Shown here: positions 29,485 through 40,498 of the stretch, piece by piece
How positions within the stretch are numbered: the first letter of the stretch is position 1
Layout of the letters: each line of letters starts with the position of its first letter
DNA from: Candidatus Thorarchaeota archaeon
GTDB lineage: Archaea; Asgardarchaeota; Thorarchaeia; Thorarchaeales; Thorarchaeaceae
Length of the DNA: 64,000 nucleotides
Direction: 5' to 3'
Assembly: GCA_048884965.1 (NCBI GenBank)
Contig: JBHLQH010000004.1
Span: forward strand, 115,368 to 179,367
Notes under the pieces: generated by a model
The model's input: the letters and a program-made list of their open reading frames with translations, nothing else
What the model was told of the DNA's origin: nothing
Database searches by the model: none
Position numbers and translations under genes: made by a program

Positions 29485-30915
29485 ATGATAAATGGAAAAG
29501 ACCTAGCAGAGTTCTGTGTTGAGTTCGGACAGAATCTCGGTGGCCACTATGTTGAGGCCAGATTCGTTCAAGAAACTGCACGGGGACTAGCCTACAGAAA
29601 TGGAGCTCCTGTTTCAGGGGGAATGACACCCTCTGTTGGTATAGGAGTTCGTATCCTCGTTGATGGCAATATGGGATTCGCTTCATTTGATAGATTGGAG
29701 AAATCAGTAGCAAAGGAAGCCATCTCAGCCGCTTACGATATGGCAAAAGCAGCGAAGCGAAAGGACAAGATTGACCTTGGTGATGTTGTTTCGAACAAAG
29801 CGAAATGGAGCGTTGACCTGAAACAACGGATTAAGGATGTTGATATTGATACCTTGATGTCTTTTGCTGATGAGATGAACCAGCAGATGAGCAGCCTAGT
29901 TCAGTATACTATGATGTTGAATCCATATGAAACTGAGAAGTATCTTGTCACTAGTGAGGGCACACAGATTGAAGGATTCAATTCACATATCAGTATCTTC
30001 TTGCTTCTCACTGCAAAAGGAAGGATAGGCAACGAACAACGGATGCTTGACATGACCCAATGTGGTGGTTGGGAAAGAATCAAGGAAGGGCAAGTAATAG
30101 AAAACCTTGCCGATGAAGTTGCACGATTACAGAAGGCGGCTGATCTCGCTGTGAATGTTCCCGAATTAATGGAACAACCTATTGACATGGTTGTAGGTCC
30201 AGAGGTTGCAGGCATCATCGCACATGAGAACGTTGGACATCCTTCAGAGGGAGATCGGATCAAAGGTCGAGAAGGAGCGCAAGCGGGAGAGAGCTTCTGG
30301 AGAGACCTCAAGATGGGTGAATCACGTGTCGGCTCAGATGCAGTGACAGTTTCTGAGGACCCAACAATCAAGAACACAGCAGGTTTCTACATCTATGATG
30401 ACGAAGGAGTCAGAGCAAGAAAAAGAATCCTTATCAAGAATGGAATAATCAACGAACCTCTTCTCAATAGAGAGTTCGGAGTTAGATTTGGAATGGGCTC
30501 TAATGGTGCTGCCCGTTCAATTGCATACAATCGGGAACCAATCATTAGAATGGCAAATACATACTTCGAACCTGGTGATCATTCCTTTGAGGAACTAGTT
30601 GAAGATGTAAAATTGGGTGTGTATATGCGGTCCTTCATGGAATGGAATATCGATGACCGTAGATATCAGAGTAAGTACTCAGGCGCAGAATCATATCTAA
30701 TCAAAGATGGCGAGATAACGGATACAATGGTCAAACGTCCTGTCCTAGAAACAACAAGTGTTGGTCTTCTCAGCGCGATAGATGCGGTTTCAAAAGACCT
30801 TCGATTTGACTTCCCAGGAACTTGCGGAAAAAGCGATCCTATGCAAGGAGTACCAGTGTATGCAGGAGGAGGCGACATTCGATTCAGAAATATCAAGCTA
30901 GGAGGTGTTGGCTAA
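29485..30915 (+). CDS. tldD: TldD metalloprotease subunit
   Basis: AHENVGHPSE, DDEG, RMANT and CGK motifs. Confidence 0.92.
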   Translation: MINGKDLAEFCVEFGQNLGGHYVEARFVQETARGLAYRNGAPVSGGMTPSVGIGVRILVDGNMGFASFDRLEKSVAKEAISAAYDMAKAAKRKDKIDLGDVVSNKAKWSVDLKQRIKDVDIDTLMSFADEMNQQMSSLVQYTMMLNPYETEKYLVTSEGTQIEGFNSHISIFLLLTAKGRIGNEQRMLDMTQCGGWERIKEGQVIENLADEVARLQKAADLAVNVPELMEQPIDMVVGPEVAGIIAHENVGHPSEGDRIKGREGAQAGESFWRDLKMGESRVGSDAVTVSEDPTIKNTAGFYIYDDEGVRARKRILIKNGIINEPLLNREFGVRFGMGSNGAARSIAYNREPIIRMANTYFEPGDHSFEELVEDVKLGVYMRSFMEWNIDDRRYQSKYSGAESYLIKDGEITDTMVKRPVLETTSVGLLSAIDAVSKDLRFDFPGTCGKSDPMQGVPVYAGGGDIRFRNIKLGGVG

Positions 30916-32294
30916 TGAGTAATTACGAAGATCTCAAGACCTACGTCGATGTTGCTGTTGACCATTGTAAAGGCAAAGTTGAGGGTGTAATTGCCCGAGG
31001 AATCATGTCATCGGGATCACAGATTCGTTTTAGTCAGAATGCGATCGACATTGGAAAGCGATGGGATGAGCTGAAGTTGGAATTGTTTGTTATCATCCAA
31101 GGTGCGCAGGTAGGATACACAGAGAGATCTGTTACTTCCGAAGATGAGGCAAGAAAGGCTGTCGAAGATACAATCACTTTCTCAAAACGCCTACCAGAAT
31201 CGATGTTCTTTGCAGGTCTTGAGAATGAAACTCACAGCTATAGAGACCTCAAAGGGGCTTATGATTCCAAGATAGATGACTTTACTGTCATTGCGCCAGG
31301 TTTTGTCAATTCTGCAATCGATGCAGCTGTATCAGAAGGAGCTAAACGAGTAGCAGGAGCACTAAGATTCTCAAAGGAACATAGCTTCTTCAAATCTAGC
31401 TATGGACCTGAAGGCGCCACAAAGATGACTACATTCGATATGAATGTGAGAGCCTTTCAGGAAGAGCTAGATCATTCGGGGCAGGGTCTGGAATGTGGTA
31501 CGATCCCAACTGGTTCGGAGAAAGGAATCGTTGCTGCGGGAGCCCAAGCAGGCAGGCTATCGAAGGAATCTATTGGCTCTATTCAAGGGGACCCTGGCAC
31601 CTATGATCTTGTGCTTAGTCCAACTGTTGCGGCGAATGTCTTAGGAGGGATACCTGATTCAGCCAATCCTTTCATGGTCTTGATTGGTCTTTCTCCCTTA
31701 GCAGACAAGATTGGGGAGCAAATAGCTCCTGAGTTCTTGAGCGTAACTGATAATCCATGGATTCCCAATGGTCTGGCCTGCAGAGCATCAGACTTTGAGG
31801 GCACTCCAACTCAGCAGACAGAAATTGTGAAGGACGGAGTACTCAGATCATTCATTCACAACACAACCACCGCCAGAATGTATGAAACAGCTTCAACTGG
31901 AAGCTCTCAAATGATCGAGCTTGGACAGGGTCTCAAGATGTTGCTTCCAAATACATCAAATCTAGTCTTTGATAACGGAGACCACAAGTTCGAGGATCTT
32001 ATCGAGAACTCGAAACCTACAATCTATGTAACATGCAACTGGTACACAAGATTCCAAAACTACCAGACAGGGGAGTTTTCTACAATTCCAAGAGATGCAA
32101 TGTTCCTAATCCAGAACGGAGAAATGAAGCCCATCAAGAACCTGAGGATTAGTGATAACACAATGCGAATGTTTGCAAACATTGATGCTCTCGGTAATGA
32201 TCGGAAACAAATTTTCTGGTGGGAAGTAGCTACACCCACCTTTATCCCATCCATGCGTGTTAAAGATTGCAGAATGTCTGCAGCTACACAATAG
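30915..32294 (+). CDS. pmbA: TldE/PmbA subunit
   Basis: Coupled to tldD (TAATG). IRFSQN and DFEG motifs, no HExxH. Confidence 0.88.
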   Translation: MSNYEDLKTYVDVAVDHCKGKVEGVIARGIMSSGSQIRFSQNAIDIGKRWDELKLELFVIIQGAQVGYTERSVTSEDEARKAVEDTITFSKRLPESMFFAGLENETHSYRDLKGAYDSKIDDFTVIAPGFVNSAIDAAVSEGAKRVAGALRFSKEHSFFKSSYGPEGATKMTTFDMNVRAFQEELDHSGQGLECGTIPTGSEKGIVAAGAQAGRLSKESIGSIQGDPGTYDLVLSPTVAANVLGGIPDSANPFMVLIGLSPLADKIGEQIAPEFLSVTDNPWIPNGLACRASDFEGTPTQQTEIVKDGVLRSFIHNTTTARMYETASTGSSQMIELGQGLKMLLPNTSNLVFDNGDHKFEDLIENSKPTIYVTCNWYTRFQNYQTGEFSTIPRDAMFLIQNGEMKPIKNLRISDNTMRMFANIDALGNDRKQIFWWEVATPTFIPSMRVKDCRMSAATQ

Positions 32295-32342
32295 TAGAGT
32301 ATAATCTCAGGTGCCCTTTGTGGCTCCTGAGTTCCTGATTTT

Positions 32343-32897
32343 TTAGATGATTGACATCTTACCAAGTGCCACACGGCTCTTGATGGCCGCATTGATGAAT
32401 AACTCTCCGACATTCTCACCAGTCTTTGCGCTGGTTTTGTAGAAATCTAGACAGAGCACCTGAGCTAGTTGCTTGCCCTCAGAGAATTCCACCTCAAGGA
32501 AATCTGTCATGTCGCACTTGTTCGCTACCAGAGCTCCATTCACAGGATTCTTGTCGTTCTCACAGAAGCTCAAGGCGAGGTTCTCATACCAATCGATAAT
32601 CTGATCGAAGGTCTCGCGTTCGGTACTATCATAAACCAGCATGACATAGTGAGCTCCTTGATAGAACTTCGAACGAAGCATCTTGAAAGATTCCTGTCCA
32701 CCGAGGTCCACGATACTCAGTACTACAGTACCATCAGGAAAGTCCATGTTAGCTGCTTTCATATCAGCTCCTATAGTAGCAGTGTAGGTTTCTAAGAAGA
32801 TGTCTTCAAGGTACCTTCTAACAAGCGAGCTTTTCCCCACATTCCTAGGGCCAATAACAATTGCCTTGTATACCTCAGTTGACAAGCTGCCCACCAA
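32343..32897 (-). CDS. Rab/Ras-like small GTPase (eukaryotic signature protein)
   Basis: G1 GPRNVGKS, G2 ATIG, G3 DLGGQ, G4 NKCD, G5 SAK. Confidence 0.92.
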   Translation of the reverse strand: MVGSLSTEVYKAIVIGPRNVGKSSLVRRYLEDIFLETYTATIGADMKAANMDFPDGTVVLSIVDLGGQESFKMLRSKFYQGAHYVMLVYDSTERETFDQIIDWYENLALSFCENDKNPVNGALVANKCDMTDFLEVEFSEGKQLAQVLCLDFYKTSAKTGENVGELFINAAIKSRVALGKMSII

Positions 32898-33002
32898 TAG
32901 TTTCTCTGACGTTTCATAGGTATAAGAGGATTCTTGCCATGTTATCAGGGAGAAAAGACCAATTCAAAATCTTTAGAAGGAACTAGGATAGCGACTTTTG
33001 GT

Positions 33003-33476
33003 ATGAAGGCCAATCTTGATGACATAAAGGCACGAACAACTGATGTTCTAGGATACTATGAAGCTCTCTCCGGAAAAGATAGAGATATCCTTGAAGAGAT
33101 GTATGAAGAATACGTATTGAAAGAGGATATCCTTGACGAGCTGAAAGAGGCTACCAGCAATCTTTGTGTCGTTGTGTTTAGTGCTGCATGGTGCAAGGAC
33201 TGCAAGAATGCTATGCCCGTCATGCGTCATCTGCAAGAAAGGATTGGTCTCGATGTAAGAATCTTTGGGACTATCAAGACAGCACCATTAGATCCCAACG
33301 TTAAGTGGGCGGTACCACCTTCACCTCCAGAAACTAATGAGTGGGGTGTTACGGCGATACCGTACTTCTTCTTCTTCAATAAGGACGATGGAGAGAAGGT
33401 GACTGTTCTCATTGAAAAGCCAACCATCAAAGAAACCCTTGAGGAAGAAATACTCTACGTGCTCAAGCATAAATAG
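33003..33476 (+). CDS. Thioredoxin-fold protein
   Basis: WCKDC active site and AIP cis-Pro loop. Confidence 0.85.
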   Translation: MKANLDDIKARTTDVLGYYEALSGKDRDILEEMYEEYVLKEDILDELKEATSNLCVVVFSAAWCKDCKNAMPVMRHLQERIGLDVRIFGTIKTAPLDPNVKWAVPPSPPETNEWGVTAIPYFFFFNKDDGEKVTVLIEKPTIKETLEEEILYVLKHK

Positions 33477-33521
33477 TAGAATGTATAGAATGCAGTAGTA
33501 CTACCTTCAGGAGGTAATGAA

Positions 33522-34757
33522 GTGGAGATTCCAGTACTTACAAGATTTATTGAAGGATTGAAATTATTCTTTGAATCAAAGAGATTGAAATGGCTAACCC
33601 TGATTTTCTTTGTAGGAGCAGCTGCGATATATCTCATGGAGCGGCTGATCAGCTGGGTTCCAGGCGCAGCAATGTTCTTTCTTGCTGTTTCTGCGATATT
33701 CCCATTCTTCTGGATGTTGACAACATTTGTGGCACTTCTTGGTTTTCAAAGATTTATCGCCAGTGAGGAAACATACTCAAGATCTGCGATTCTTGCAGTA
33801 ATCTGGATCATTGTCAGTACAGTACTTTTCATTGTATCATTCTTCTTTGTATGGGGATTGCTATTGGCCATTGTATTTCTAGGATTCTTTGTGTGGATTG
33901 GCTTCCAGGGATACTTCTCCACTCGAACAAGTCTTGGGCTTGCTTCTGGAGTCCAGATAGAACACAGGTCCAAAGCTATGACATTCCTATTTGGATTGGC
34001 GAATATCTTCAACTATGCGATTCTGGTGGGAGCGATAATTGGAACAATCATCTTCATCGGATTCTCTTCCTGGGTAGCGGTTGGATTGGCAGCCATCGGT
34101 GCGGGAATTGCGGCATTCTTTAATTTCATCAACGGATTGATCATTACGCGGGAGAGGAACAGACAGACAGCAGATAATCTGACACTGCTAGGGCTCTTCA
34201 TAGCATTATATTCTGGTTATTTCATATACAATGTCATTAAACCCTTGGATTTAAGCGCAAGAGATATTGTCGGACTACTGGTTACAATCTTCTTCCTTCT
34301 CTACACTATGAGTGGTGTGGGCAGAAGTCTTGCAAGTCGTGCAGAGATGGAATCTAGATTCAAGTTGTCGAAGGAGCTGGCAGCTACCTTTACATTCTTC
34401 ATTGCCTCATGTTACGTATTTGTGGATGTGATGTTTACTTTACTACTGACAAATGCAGGCGTTGCTCCAGAGCAAATTGCCCCACTTAGCGATGTGCTAA
34501 AGCTCTGGCTATTCCCACTCATCGCCCTGGTTGTAGAGATTCGATTCGTCTGGAGGTCCCGAAAGGTAACTGAAGCCCCAGAAACTCCTGATGATATCCC
34601 AGTGGTTCCAATTGAAGAAACCGTGTCCGATGAGAAAGGAGAAGTCATCGAAGAAACTACTCACGAAGTGGAAGAGGTTACAGAGGAACCTGAGGAAGAT
34701 ATCCCCGAAGAGGATGACTCCTACGGTGTTGGCGACCCCGAGGATGACGACATCTAG
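33522..34757 (+). CDS. Polytopic membrane protein with acidic C-terminal tail
   Basis: About 10 hydrophobic segments, E/D-rich tail, GGAGGT Shine-Dalgarno. Confidence 0.75.
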   Translation: MEIPVLTRFIEGLKLFFESKRLKWLTLIFFVGAAAIYLMERLISWVPGAAMFFLAVSAIFPFFWMLTTFVALLGFQRFIASEETYSRSAILAVIWIIVSTVLFIVSFFFVWGLLLAIVFLGFFVWIGFQGYFSTRTSLGLASGVQIEHRSKAMTFLFGLANIFNYAILVGAIIGTIIFIGFSSWVAVGLAAIGAGIAAFFNFINGLIITRERNRQTADNLTLLGLFIALYSGYFIYNVIKPLDLSARDIVGLLVTIFFLLYTMSGVGRSLASRAEMESRFKLSKELAATFTFFIASCYVFVDVMFTLLLTNAGVAPEQIAPLSDVLKLWLFPLIALVVEIRFVWRSRKVTEAPETPDDIPVVPIEETVSDEKGEVIEETTHEVEEVTEEPEEDIPEEDDSYGVGDPEDDDI

Positions 34758-34927
34758 TTGATTTCATATGCTCCAATAGCTAATACTGTTGGAGCTCTTC
34801 TCTCTTTTTTAGAAATGCACCAAAGTACGGCGCAACCGAAGGCTTTTATCGCATTTACTCCACAACCTAGAAACGGATGAATCGGAATTTATCCGTAAAT
34901 ATGAAGTACAAAAGTGGAGATAGACAC

Positions 34928-35089
34928 ATGGCTAAATGGGAATGTCTTGTCTGCGGTTGGGTCTACGATGAAGATATTGGCGATCCAGATGGCGGTATCG
35001 CTGCTGGCACCAAGTTTGAGGATATACCTGATGATTGGGTCTGTCCGATGTGCGGTGCTGCAAAGGAAGACTTCGAGAAGATCGAGTAG
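34928..35089 (+). CDS. Rubredoxin
   Basis: CLVCGWVYD...[11 protein letters not shown]. Confidence 0.95.
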   Translation: MAKWECLVCGWVYDEDIGDPDGGIAAGTKFEDIPDDWVCPMCGAAKEDFEKIE

Positions 35090-35172
35090 ACCAATCAGCA
35101 CAGGCCCCTGCAAGACATTCGATAAGGGGCCATCCCTTTTCTTTTCAATTCAATTGGGCGAGGGCGGAGAAG

Positions 35173-35868
35173 ATACCTGAAAAGACGAAAAACAATAAAG
35201 CTGCTTTATGGCTTTCAATTGCCCTAGCTTCCCTATTGGTTCTTTTAACAGCCGAAAATATCTTCTTTGTAGTAGCTCTTGTAATGATTCCATATCCTCT
35301 GTACCTTTTCTTTGGCTATAATGTAATAATGCCTGTCGAACAAGCATATTACTATCACATGCTATCAAGAATCACGCAATCTATGTTACTTATCGCCATT
35401 GCCATCGTGATAATCAATTGGTTACTTTGTTTGTCACTACTCATAGTTGCAGGACTGCAGTTCATCCTGGTATTTGTGAGAATGAGAGGATTTCTGCTGA
35501 ATCTGAAAGGCATAGGAGATTGTTGGTTATATCCCTCAATTCTAATCCCAATCGCGACATTGATCCCGTTGTTCGTATTCAATGAATTTGGAAATCTCCT
35601 GTTAGCATATGCATCAATATCGCTTCCGCTATATGTGATAGTTGGTATGCTAATCGTATTTCAGAAACCTTGGGAACGAACAGACAAGGATATAGGATAC
35701 ATCAAGACGAAATGCCCAAGATGTAAAAGGACTTTGAAGATATTCAGAAAGGATGAGGGTGAAACAAGATGTCCCATCTGTGGCTTCAGCCTCCCCATAA
35801 TTGACCAAGCAATAGATACGTGGGAGAGAGAGGATAGGCGAGCAAGGGATTATGATGCGACCAATTGA
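35173..35868 (+). CDS. Membrane protein with C-terminal zinc ribbon; start uncertain
   Basis: About 6 TM segments, then CPRC...CPICG. Confidence 0.6.
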   Translation: MPEKTKNNKAALWLSIALASLLVLLTAENIFFVVALVMIPYPLYLFFGYNVIMPVEQAYYYHMLSRITQSMLLIAIAIVIINWLLCLSLLIVAGLQFILVFVRMRGFLLNLKGIGDCWLYPSILIPIATLIPLFVFNEFGNLLLAYASISLPLYVIVGMLIVFQKPWERTDKDIGYIKTKCPRCKRTLKIFRKDEGETRCPICGFSLPIIDQAIDTWEREDRRARDYDATN

Positions 35869-35923
35869 TATCGAATTATGAGAAATGCGAAGGGGTTCTA
35901 TTTGTGTTAGCAGGTCCGTAGTC

Positions 35924-36676
35924 TCATTTTAGATGCATAGAAGGAAATAGCTCGAGAAGCTCATCGATATGGTCTATGACAAGGAGATCTTCTGATGCCC
36001 ATCCTGCTTCCTCTTTATCACACCAGACTATCAATATCGGAAGGAATTCTGCTCTTCGTGCGGCACCAACATCATGCTCGACCTTGTCACCAACATAAGC
36101 ACACTTCTGTGGATTGATCCCCAACTTCGAGGCAGCTTGCAATAGCATGAATGGAGATGGCTTCCTATAACCAGGAACACAAGAATACTCTACGACATCG
36201 AAGAGATGCAAGACATTTGCTGCTTCAAGATGTGGGATTGGGTCATTACGGCGGTTTGATGCGATTCCTAATTGGTATCCTCTCTCATGCAGTGATTCTA
36301 GAACCTCCCTACAAGGTTCTAGGAATTTTGGCTTGACCGAATCAAATGCATTGGTCCATGCCTTATGAGCTCTAGATGCCATCTTATCGAGATCTCCTTC
36401 CACTCCAAGTCTTTCTAGAATCACCCTATCATAGACGATCGAATCATCAAATGAAGGCAACCAGTATGGATCCACATTGGAATCAACGAGCCTCTGGTCG
36501 AACATCCTATCAACTTGTTTCGAAACATCCTCAATCTGCTTCTTTGTTAGGTTCGCATACTCCTCAAGTCCAAGCGCATCCAAAATGAAACGGGTCATCA
36601 AGATTATCTCGCGAGGGGTGTCATAAAGTGTACCACCCATATCGAACACTATTGCTTGAATGTCCTTTAGATCCAT
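35924..36676 (-). CDS. HAD-superfamily hydrolase
   Basis: FDMGGTL, SN, KPSP and VGDKVEHD motifs. Confidence 0.9.
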   Translation of the reverse strand: MDLKDIQAIVFDMGGTLYDTPREIILMTRFILDALGLEEYANLTKKQIEDVSKQVDRMFDQRLVDSNVDPYWLPSFDDSIVYDRVILERLGVEGDLDKMASRAHKAWTNAFDSVKPKFLEPCREVLESLHERGYQLGIASNRRNDPIPHLEAANVLHLFDVVEYSCVPGYRKPSPFMLLQAASKLGINPQKCAYVGDKVEHDVGAARRAEFLPILIVWCDKEEAGWASEDLLVIDHIDELLELFPSMHLK

Positions 36677-36870
36677 ATTTCTACAACTCTCTTACACTCT
36701 AATAAGTGAATCAATCTGCTGACTAAAGAAGCATGAAGAGCATGGAGAATAGGAACTGATTCACCAAGATAAACCAGATAAGATCTTGCCTATTTGAAAA
36801 TCATACAAGTATATTCCACATCTATACTCCTGAAACCAGCACCCTGAAATCCACAGAACACTCTTCCACC

Positions 36871-38613
36871 CTATCTTCGTCTAAGAATGATGAAAACAAT
36901 GACAACCGCAATCACTGCAACAGTCACACCACCTAGGACAAGGGGGATGTAAGTAATCCCATAGATGAAGTTGACTGAAAATCGAGAGAATCCAACAAAC
37001 TCGTTGCCAATCTCGATTTGGAAGTTCGTGGTCACCAGGCTGTCATCGAACTCAAGTTCAATATCAGTCGTTACTACTGAGTCTGCATCTATGATAGGAA
37101 TACTCTCAAGCACGGTTTCGTTCAGTAGCCGAATTGAAACGGTATTGATAGTATTGATCCTTGGGCTGAGATCGGTAGCAGTAAGACTAACATTGATAGC
37201 AGTAGCATCGCTTGAAGTGGCGTTCAATTGTACAGATAGTCGTGGCGTCTGTTCAAGGAGATACTCGAATGAGGGAAGGAGTTCTAACCACAGTCTATTG
37301 ATAGCGGATTCATAGGGTGAGAAGAGCTCGAACATTCCAGCATATTCTTTGATGACATGAGTAGCGTTCTCCTCTCGAACGAAGTACAAATCCTCTGAGA
37401 GGGCTGAGGCATTCTGATAGATTTCAAGAGAAATGGGTACTATGCATTCACGAGAGGTGTACATCCATGAGTCCCAACCTCCAGGTGTTGCGGTCATATC
37501 TGCGTCCTTTCCCGAGAGAGGGTTGTAATTAGGATTGGTAAGAAAACTGGGTGGCAGAATTTCTTGATAATCAGACCACAGTAGTGAATAGAGTTCTTCT
37601 TCAGCCCAATTGTTTTCTGCATTCCTTGCAAAGAGCGTTGCATTGATTCCTGTGTGCAAAGAATAGGCCATTGCAAATCTATGATCGAGAGCGAAGTCTC
37701 TGAACGCTCGGGTTTCAGGCTCTGAGAAAGGAGAAGTGCCATGGTACTGCTGACTTCTCGGTTCTGTGAGAGATGGATGATCAAGGTCCCAATCAGCATC
37801 ATAGTTCCTGTTTATGTCAACATAACCAACGACATCCTCGTTCACCAAACCATCGCCATCGCTATCAATACCCTCATAGTAATCGTATAGCCAGTTTAGT
37901 CCTCCTTCCCCATCCTTCTCATATACCTCGTAGAGGGAGATACGGCCATCACCATCGACATCCTCGAAATCGTCCTCATCGAATAGGCCATCACCATCAT
38001 CATCATACGGGTGCATATTCTTCCTAAGGAATGGAGAACCAGTTATGTAGATCCAGTCGAGAGTCTCGGGGTTGAGAGTAGGAATAACATAGATTTCCTG
38101 AGTGTCGACAAATTGAGTTATCGAATCATCTACACCATAGTTATTGACCAACCAGAGTACGAAGCGCAAAGCGACTTCCACAGTTACCTTCTCTCTCCCG
38201 TGATGGTGAGCGACAACTAGTGTCTTCGCCTTCTGTTGAGGAGCATTCTCATTTGTTATACACACGCTATTAATGATGAAGTTATGATAGGATTGACCAA
38301 TCTCCTCGACATTGATGAGACTGGGCACATTAAGTTGGATATTCTCAAGCTCCTCCTCAAGCATTGATACATTATGATATTCATCAGGATAGAGCAACTG
38401 CACATCATTCCATGTCCTGTTGATTGAGGGGGTTTGAACAGGTAGGATAAGCGGTGTTACAGCTCCGGCGAATGTTGGAGTGTATATCAAGGGCAGAAGT
38501 ATCAAAGTTAGAGCGCTGAGCAGAATAGCTCGATTTCCAAGTCTATATGAGTTCAGGATGCATTGCCTCCTTAAATGGAGTTCATCTACGATAGTGCTTG
38601 AGATATTTAACAC
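36871..38613 (-). CDS. M14 zinc carboxypeptidase, secreted and membrane anchored
   Basis: HHGRE, LNP, RKN, DINRNY, FSEPET and SLH motifs, DxDGDG repeats, C-terminal TM. True start is probably downstream. Confidence 0.88.
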   Translation of the reverse strand: MLNISSTIVDELHLRRQCILNSYRLGNRAILLSALTLILLPLIYTPTFAGAVTPLILPVQTPSINRTWNDVQLLYPDEYHNVSMLEEELENIQLNVPSLINVEEIGQSYHNFIINSVCITNENAPQQKAKTLVVAHHHGREKVTVEVALRFVLWLVNNYGVDDSITQFVDTQEIYVIPTLNPETLDWIYITGSPFLRKNMHPYDDDGDGLFDEDDFEDVDGDGRISLYEVYEKDGEGGLNWLYDYYEGIDSDGDGLVNEDVVGYVDINRNYDADWDLDHPSLTEPRSQQYHGTSPFSEPETRAFRDFALDHRFAMAYSLHTGINATLFARNAENNWAEEELYSLLWSDYQEILPPSFLTNPNYNPLSGKDADMTATPGGWDSWMYTSRECIVPISLEIYQNASALSEDLYFVREENATHVIKEYAGMFELFSPYESAINRLWLELLPSFEYLLEQTPRLSVQLNATSSDATAINVSLTATDLSPRINTINTVSIRLLNETVLESIPIIDADSVVTTDIELEFDDSLVTTNFQIEIGNEFVGFSRFSVNFIYGITYIPLVLGGVTVAVIAVVIVFIILRRR

Positions 38614-38652
38614 TTCTGAGATTTCCAGAAACTAGTATGGATTGTATAATGC

Positions 38653-38952
38653 CTAATCACGCACACCTAGAATGACCAAATCCTCTAATGCTTGAATGCC
38701 GCGCATCTTATTCGCTTCCATAGCTATGAATTGATCCTGACCAAGCTCTACTTTTTCATCACCATTTGTGATAATTGCACGTCCTTTCAAAACCAAGAAG
38801 AATGCAGAATGATTCGCTTCATGTGGAGGAATTTGAGCTCCTTTCCCAAGAACGATTCGCATGATTTTGTACTTCGCAGTTTGAGCTAGTGGTTTAGCAT
38901 CTGGACCCTTTGATGAGAATACCAGATTTTCAAATAGATTACCTTGAGTCAT
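38653..38952 (-). CDS. Cupin domain protein
   Basis: IPPHEA...VLKG cupin pattern. Confidence 0.8.
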   Translation of the reverse strand: MTQGNLFENLVFSSKGPDAKPLAQTAKYKIMRIVLGKGAQIPPHEANHSAFFLVLKGRAIITNGDEKVELGQDQFIAMEANKMRGIQALEDLVILGVRD

Positions 38953-39061
38953 GTGATTTCACTAATGAGCACTCAGAGCCATTCAATATAAACAATAGTT
39001 AATATACCAACTCGAATGAAATATTAATCTCGATTCCCGCTAATCTTTTACTGTTGGAGTA

Positions 39062-40225
39062 GTGTCAATGGGAGTTCGTATAGAGTACACAATACGAGAT
39101 GGTAGCGAAAGGCATTTCGATGTGAGTGCATTCACAACGGAGGTGCGCATGGGATACCTTGGTATTGCCGAAACCTCACTAGCACCGCTCTCATCACTAA
39201 GACGTCTAAGAATACTTACACTTCAATACAATCACATTGAATCAATTGACCTTTCACCTCTGGCCTCGTGTAAGGAACTGAGGGAGATCTATCTTCGAGG
39301 AAATCTGTTGAAGAGTATAGATCTGAACCCACTGTGTACATTACGCCATCTCACTTCCCTTTATCTTAATAGTAATCGATTGGTAGAGCTCGATCTTTCA
39401 CCTTTGAGCGCATGTCATCTCCTGGCAAAGCTCGATCTCTCGAAGAATGAAATATACTCCATTGATCTAACACCTCTCTATAATTCACCGTCCGCACATG
39501 TGGAAATCGATAAAGATGTGAAAGCAACAACTCTGGTCAGTAAAGCGTCATATGAGATGGCTACATGTAAATCCCTTCTTGATGCGACGACTCAATTTGA
39601 TGTGCCAACCCGAATATCAGACTACAGCTGGATAGGACAACTTTACTCAACCCTTAGAAAAGGAGAGCCGCTTTGGAAGAAGTACCATATCCTCTGTGAA
39701 GCTCTAAGAAATCTCGATTTGGACTGGATAGGAATCCCAGAGGTTGATATCGATAAGACTCTGAGGTTTATCAAGAGGACCAGCAATAGATCAAAAGCAT
39801 CCCGAAGACTGCGTAAGATGTTGGTTGCGCAAGTTTGCAAACAAATCGACAAGGGAAAATCCTGTCCTCTTCTCAATATCGAAGAAGCCAAGCAAGAACC
39901 AGATTTGGTGATGCGTTTACAAACCATTATCGATGGAAGGACACGAGAAATCGAAAGGGTTGTGATCCCCGAGTCAAAGGGCATCTATGACCTCAGACCA
40001 TTATGGATAACTGCATATGGTAATGAAATACTCGATTCGATGAAGGTTGGAATATCCTGTAATCAAGAAGACTATGAGCGAGTTACAGCCACGTTCCATG
40101 ATCTAGGGTTTGATCTGAAGACATCTACTGCGGAAAAGTTCAGATATTCAAAGACTGTTTCCTTAGGACTTCAAGAGTATATCTGGAATCTTGCCGAGTT
40201 CAGATCCCCATTTTTGGCGTCTTGA
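39062..40225 (+). CDS. Leucine-rich repeat protein
   Basis: Four to five LxxLxLxxNxLxxIDLSPL repeats. Confidence 0.88.
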   Translation: MSMGVRIEYTIRDGSERHFDVSAFTTEVRMGYLGIAETSLAPLSSLRRLRILTLQYNHIESIDLSPLASCKELREIYLRGNLLKSIDLNPLCTLRHLTSLYLNSNRLVELDLSPLSACHLLAKLDLSKNEIYSIDLTPLYNSPSAHVEIDKDVKATTLVSKASYEMATCKSLLDATTQFDVPTRISDYSWIGQLYSTLRKGEPLWKKYHILCEALRNLDLDWIGIPEVDIDKTLRFIKRTSNRSKASRRLRKMLVAQVCKQIDKGKSCPLLNIEEAKQEPDLVMRLQTIIDGRTREIERVVIPESKGIYDLRPLWITAYGNEILDSMKVGISCNQEDYERVTATFHDLGFDLKTSTAEKFRYSKTVSLGLQEYIWNLAEFRSPFLAS

Positions 40226-40264
40226 TGAAATTCCAAAGTCTTGCTCCTGTGAATAGTACCTAGT

Positions 40265-40450
40265 CTAATTCCTCTCAGAAGCAGGTTTTCCACCCATACC
40301 CCAGTGGGATTTTGGCGTTTCATGAATCACAACATGTACAGCTTCTTTAGGTATTTCCATATCCACAAAGACCTTGGTGATTCCTTCCAAGACTTGCTTT
40401 GCCTTCTCTTTTCCAAATCCTTCCCAAACATGAACATGTATAATTGGCAT
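40265..40450 (-). CDS. 4-oxalocrotonate tautomerase family protein
   Basis: N-terminal catalytic Pro (MPII) and WGMGG motif. Confidence 0.9.
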   Translation of the reverse strand: MPIIHVHVWEGFGKEKAKQVLEGITKVFVDMEIPKEAVHVVIHETPKSHWGMGGKPASERN

Positions 40451-40498
40451 TATTATCAAATGAGTACTAGCGAATCATTTCAGATATAGCTAGCGAAG

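Noticed and set aside
37773-38027. His-rich 84-aa ORF
   Set aside because: It is an antisense shadow of the GAT/GGT-rich DxDGDG repeats of the M14 peptidase.
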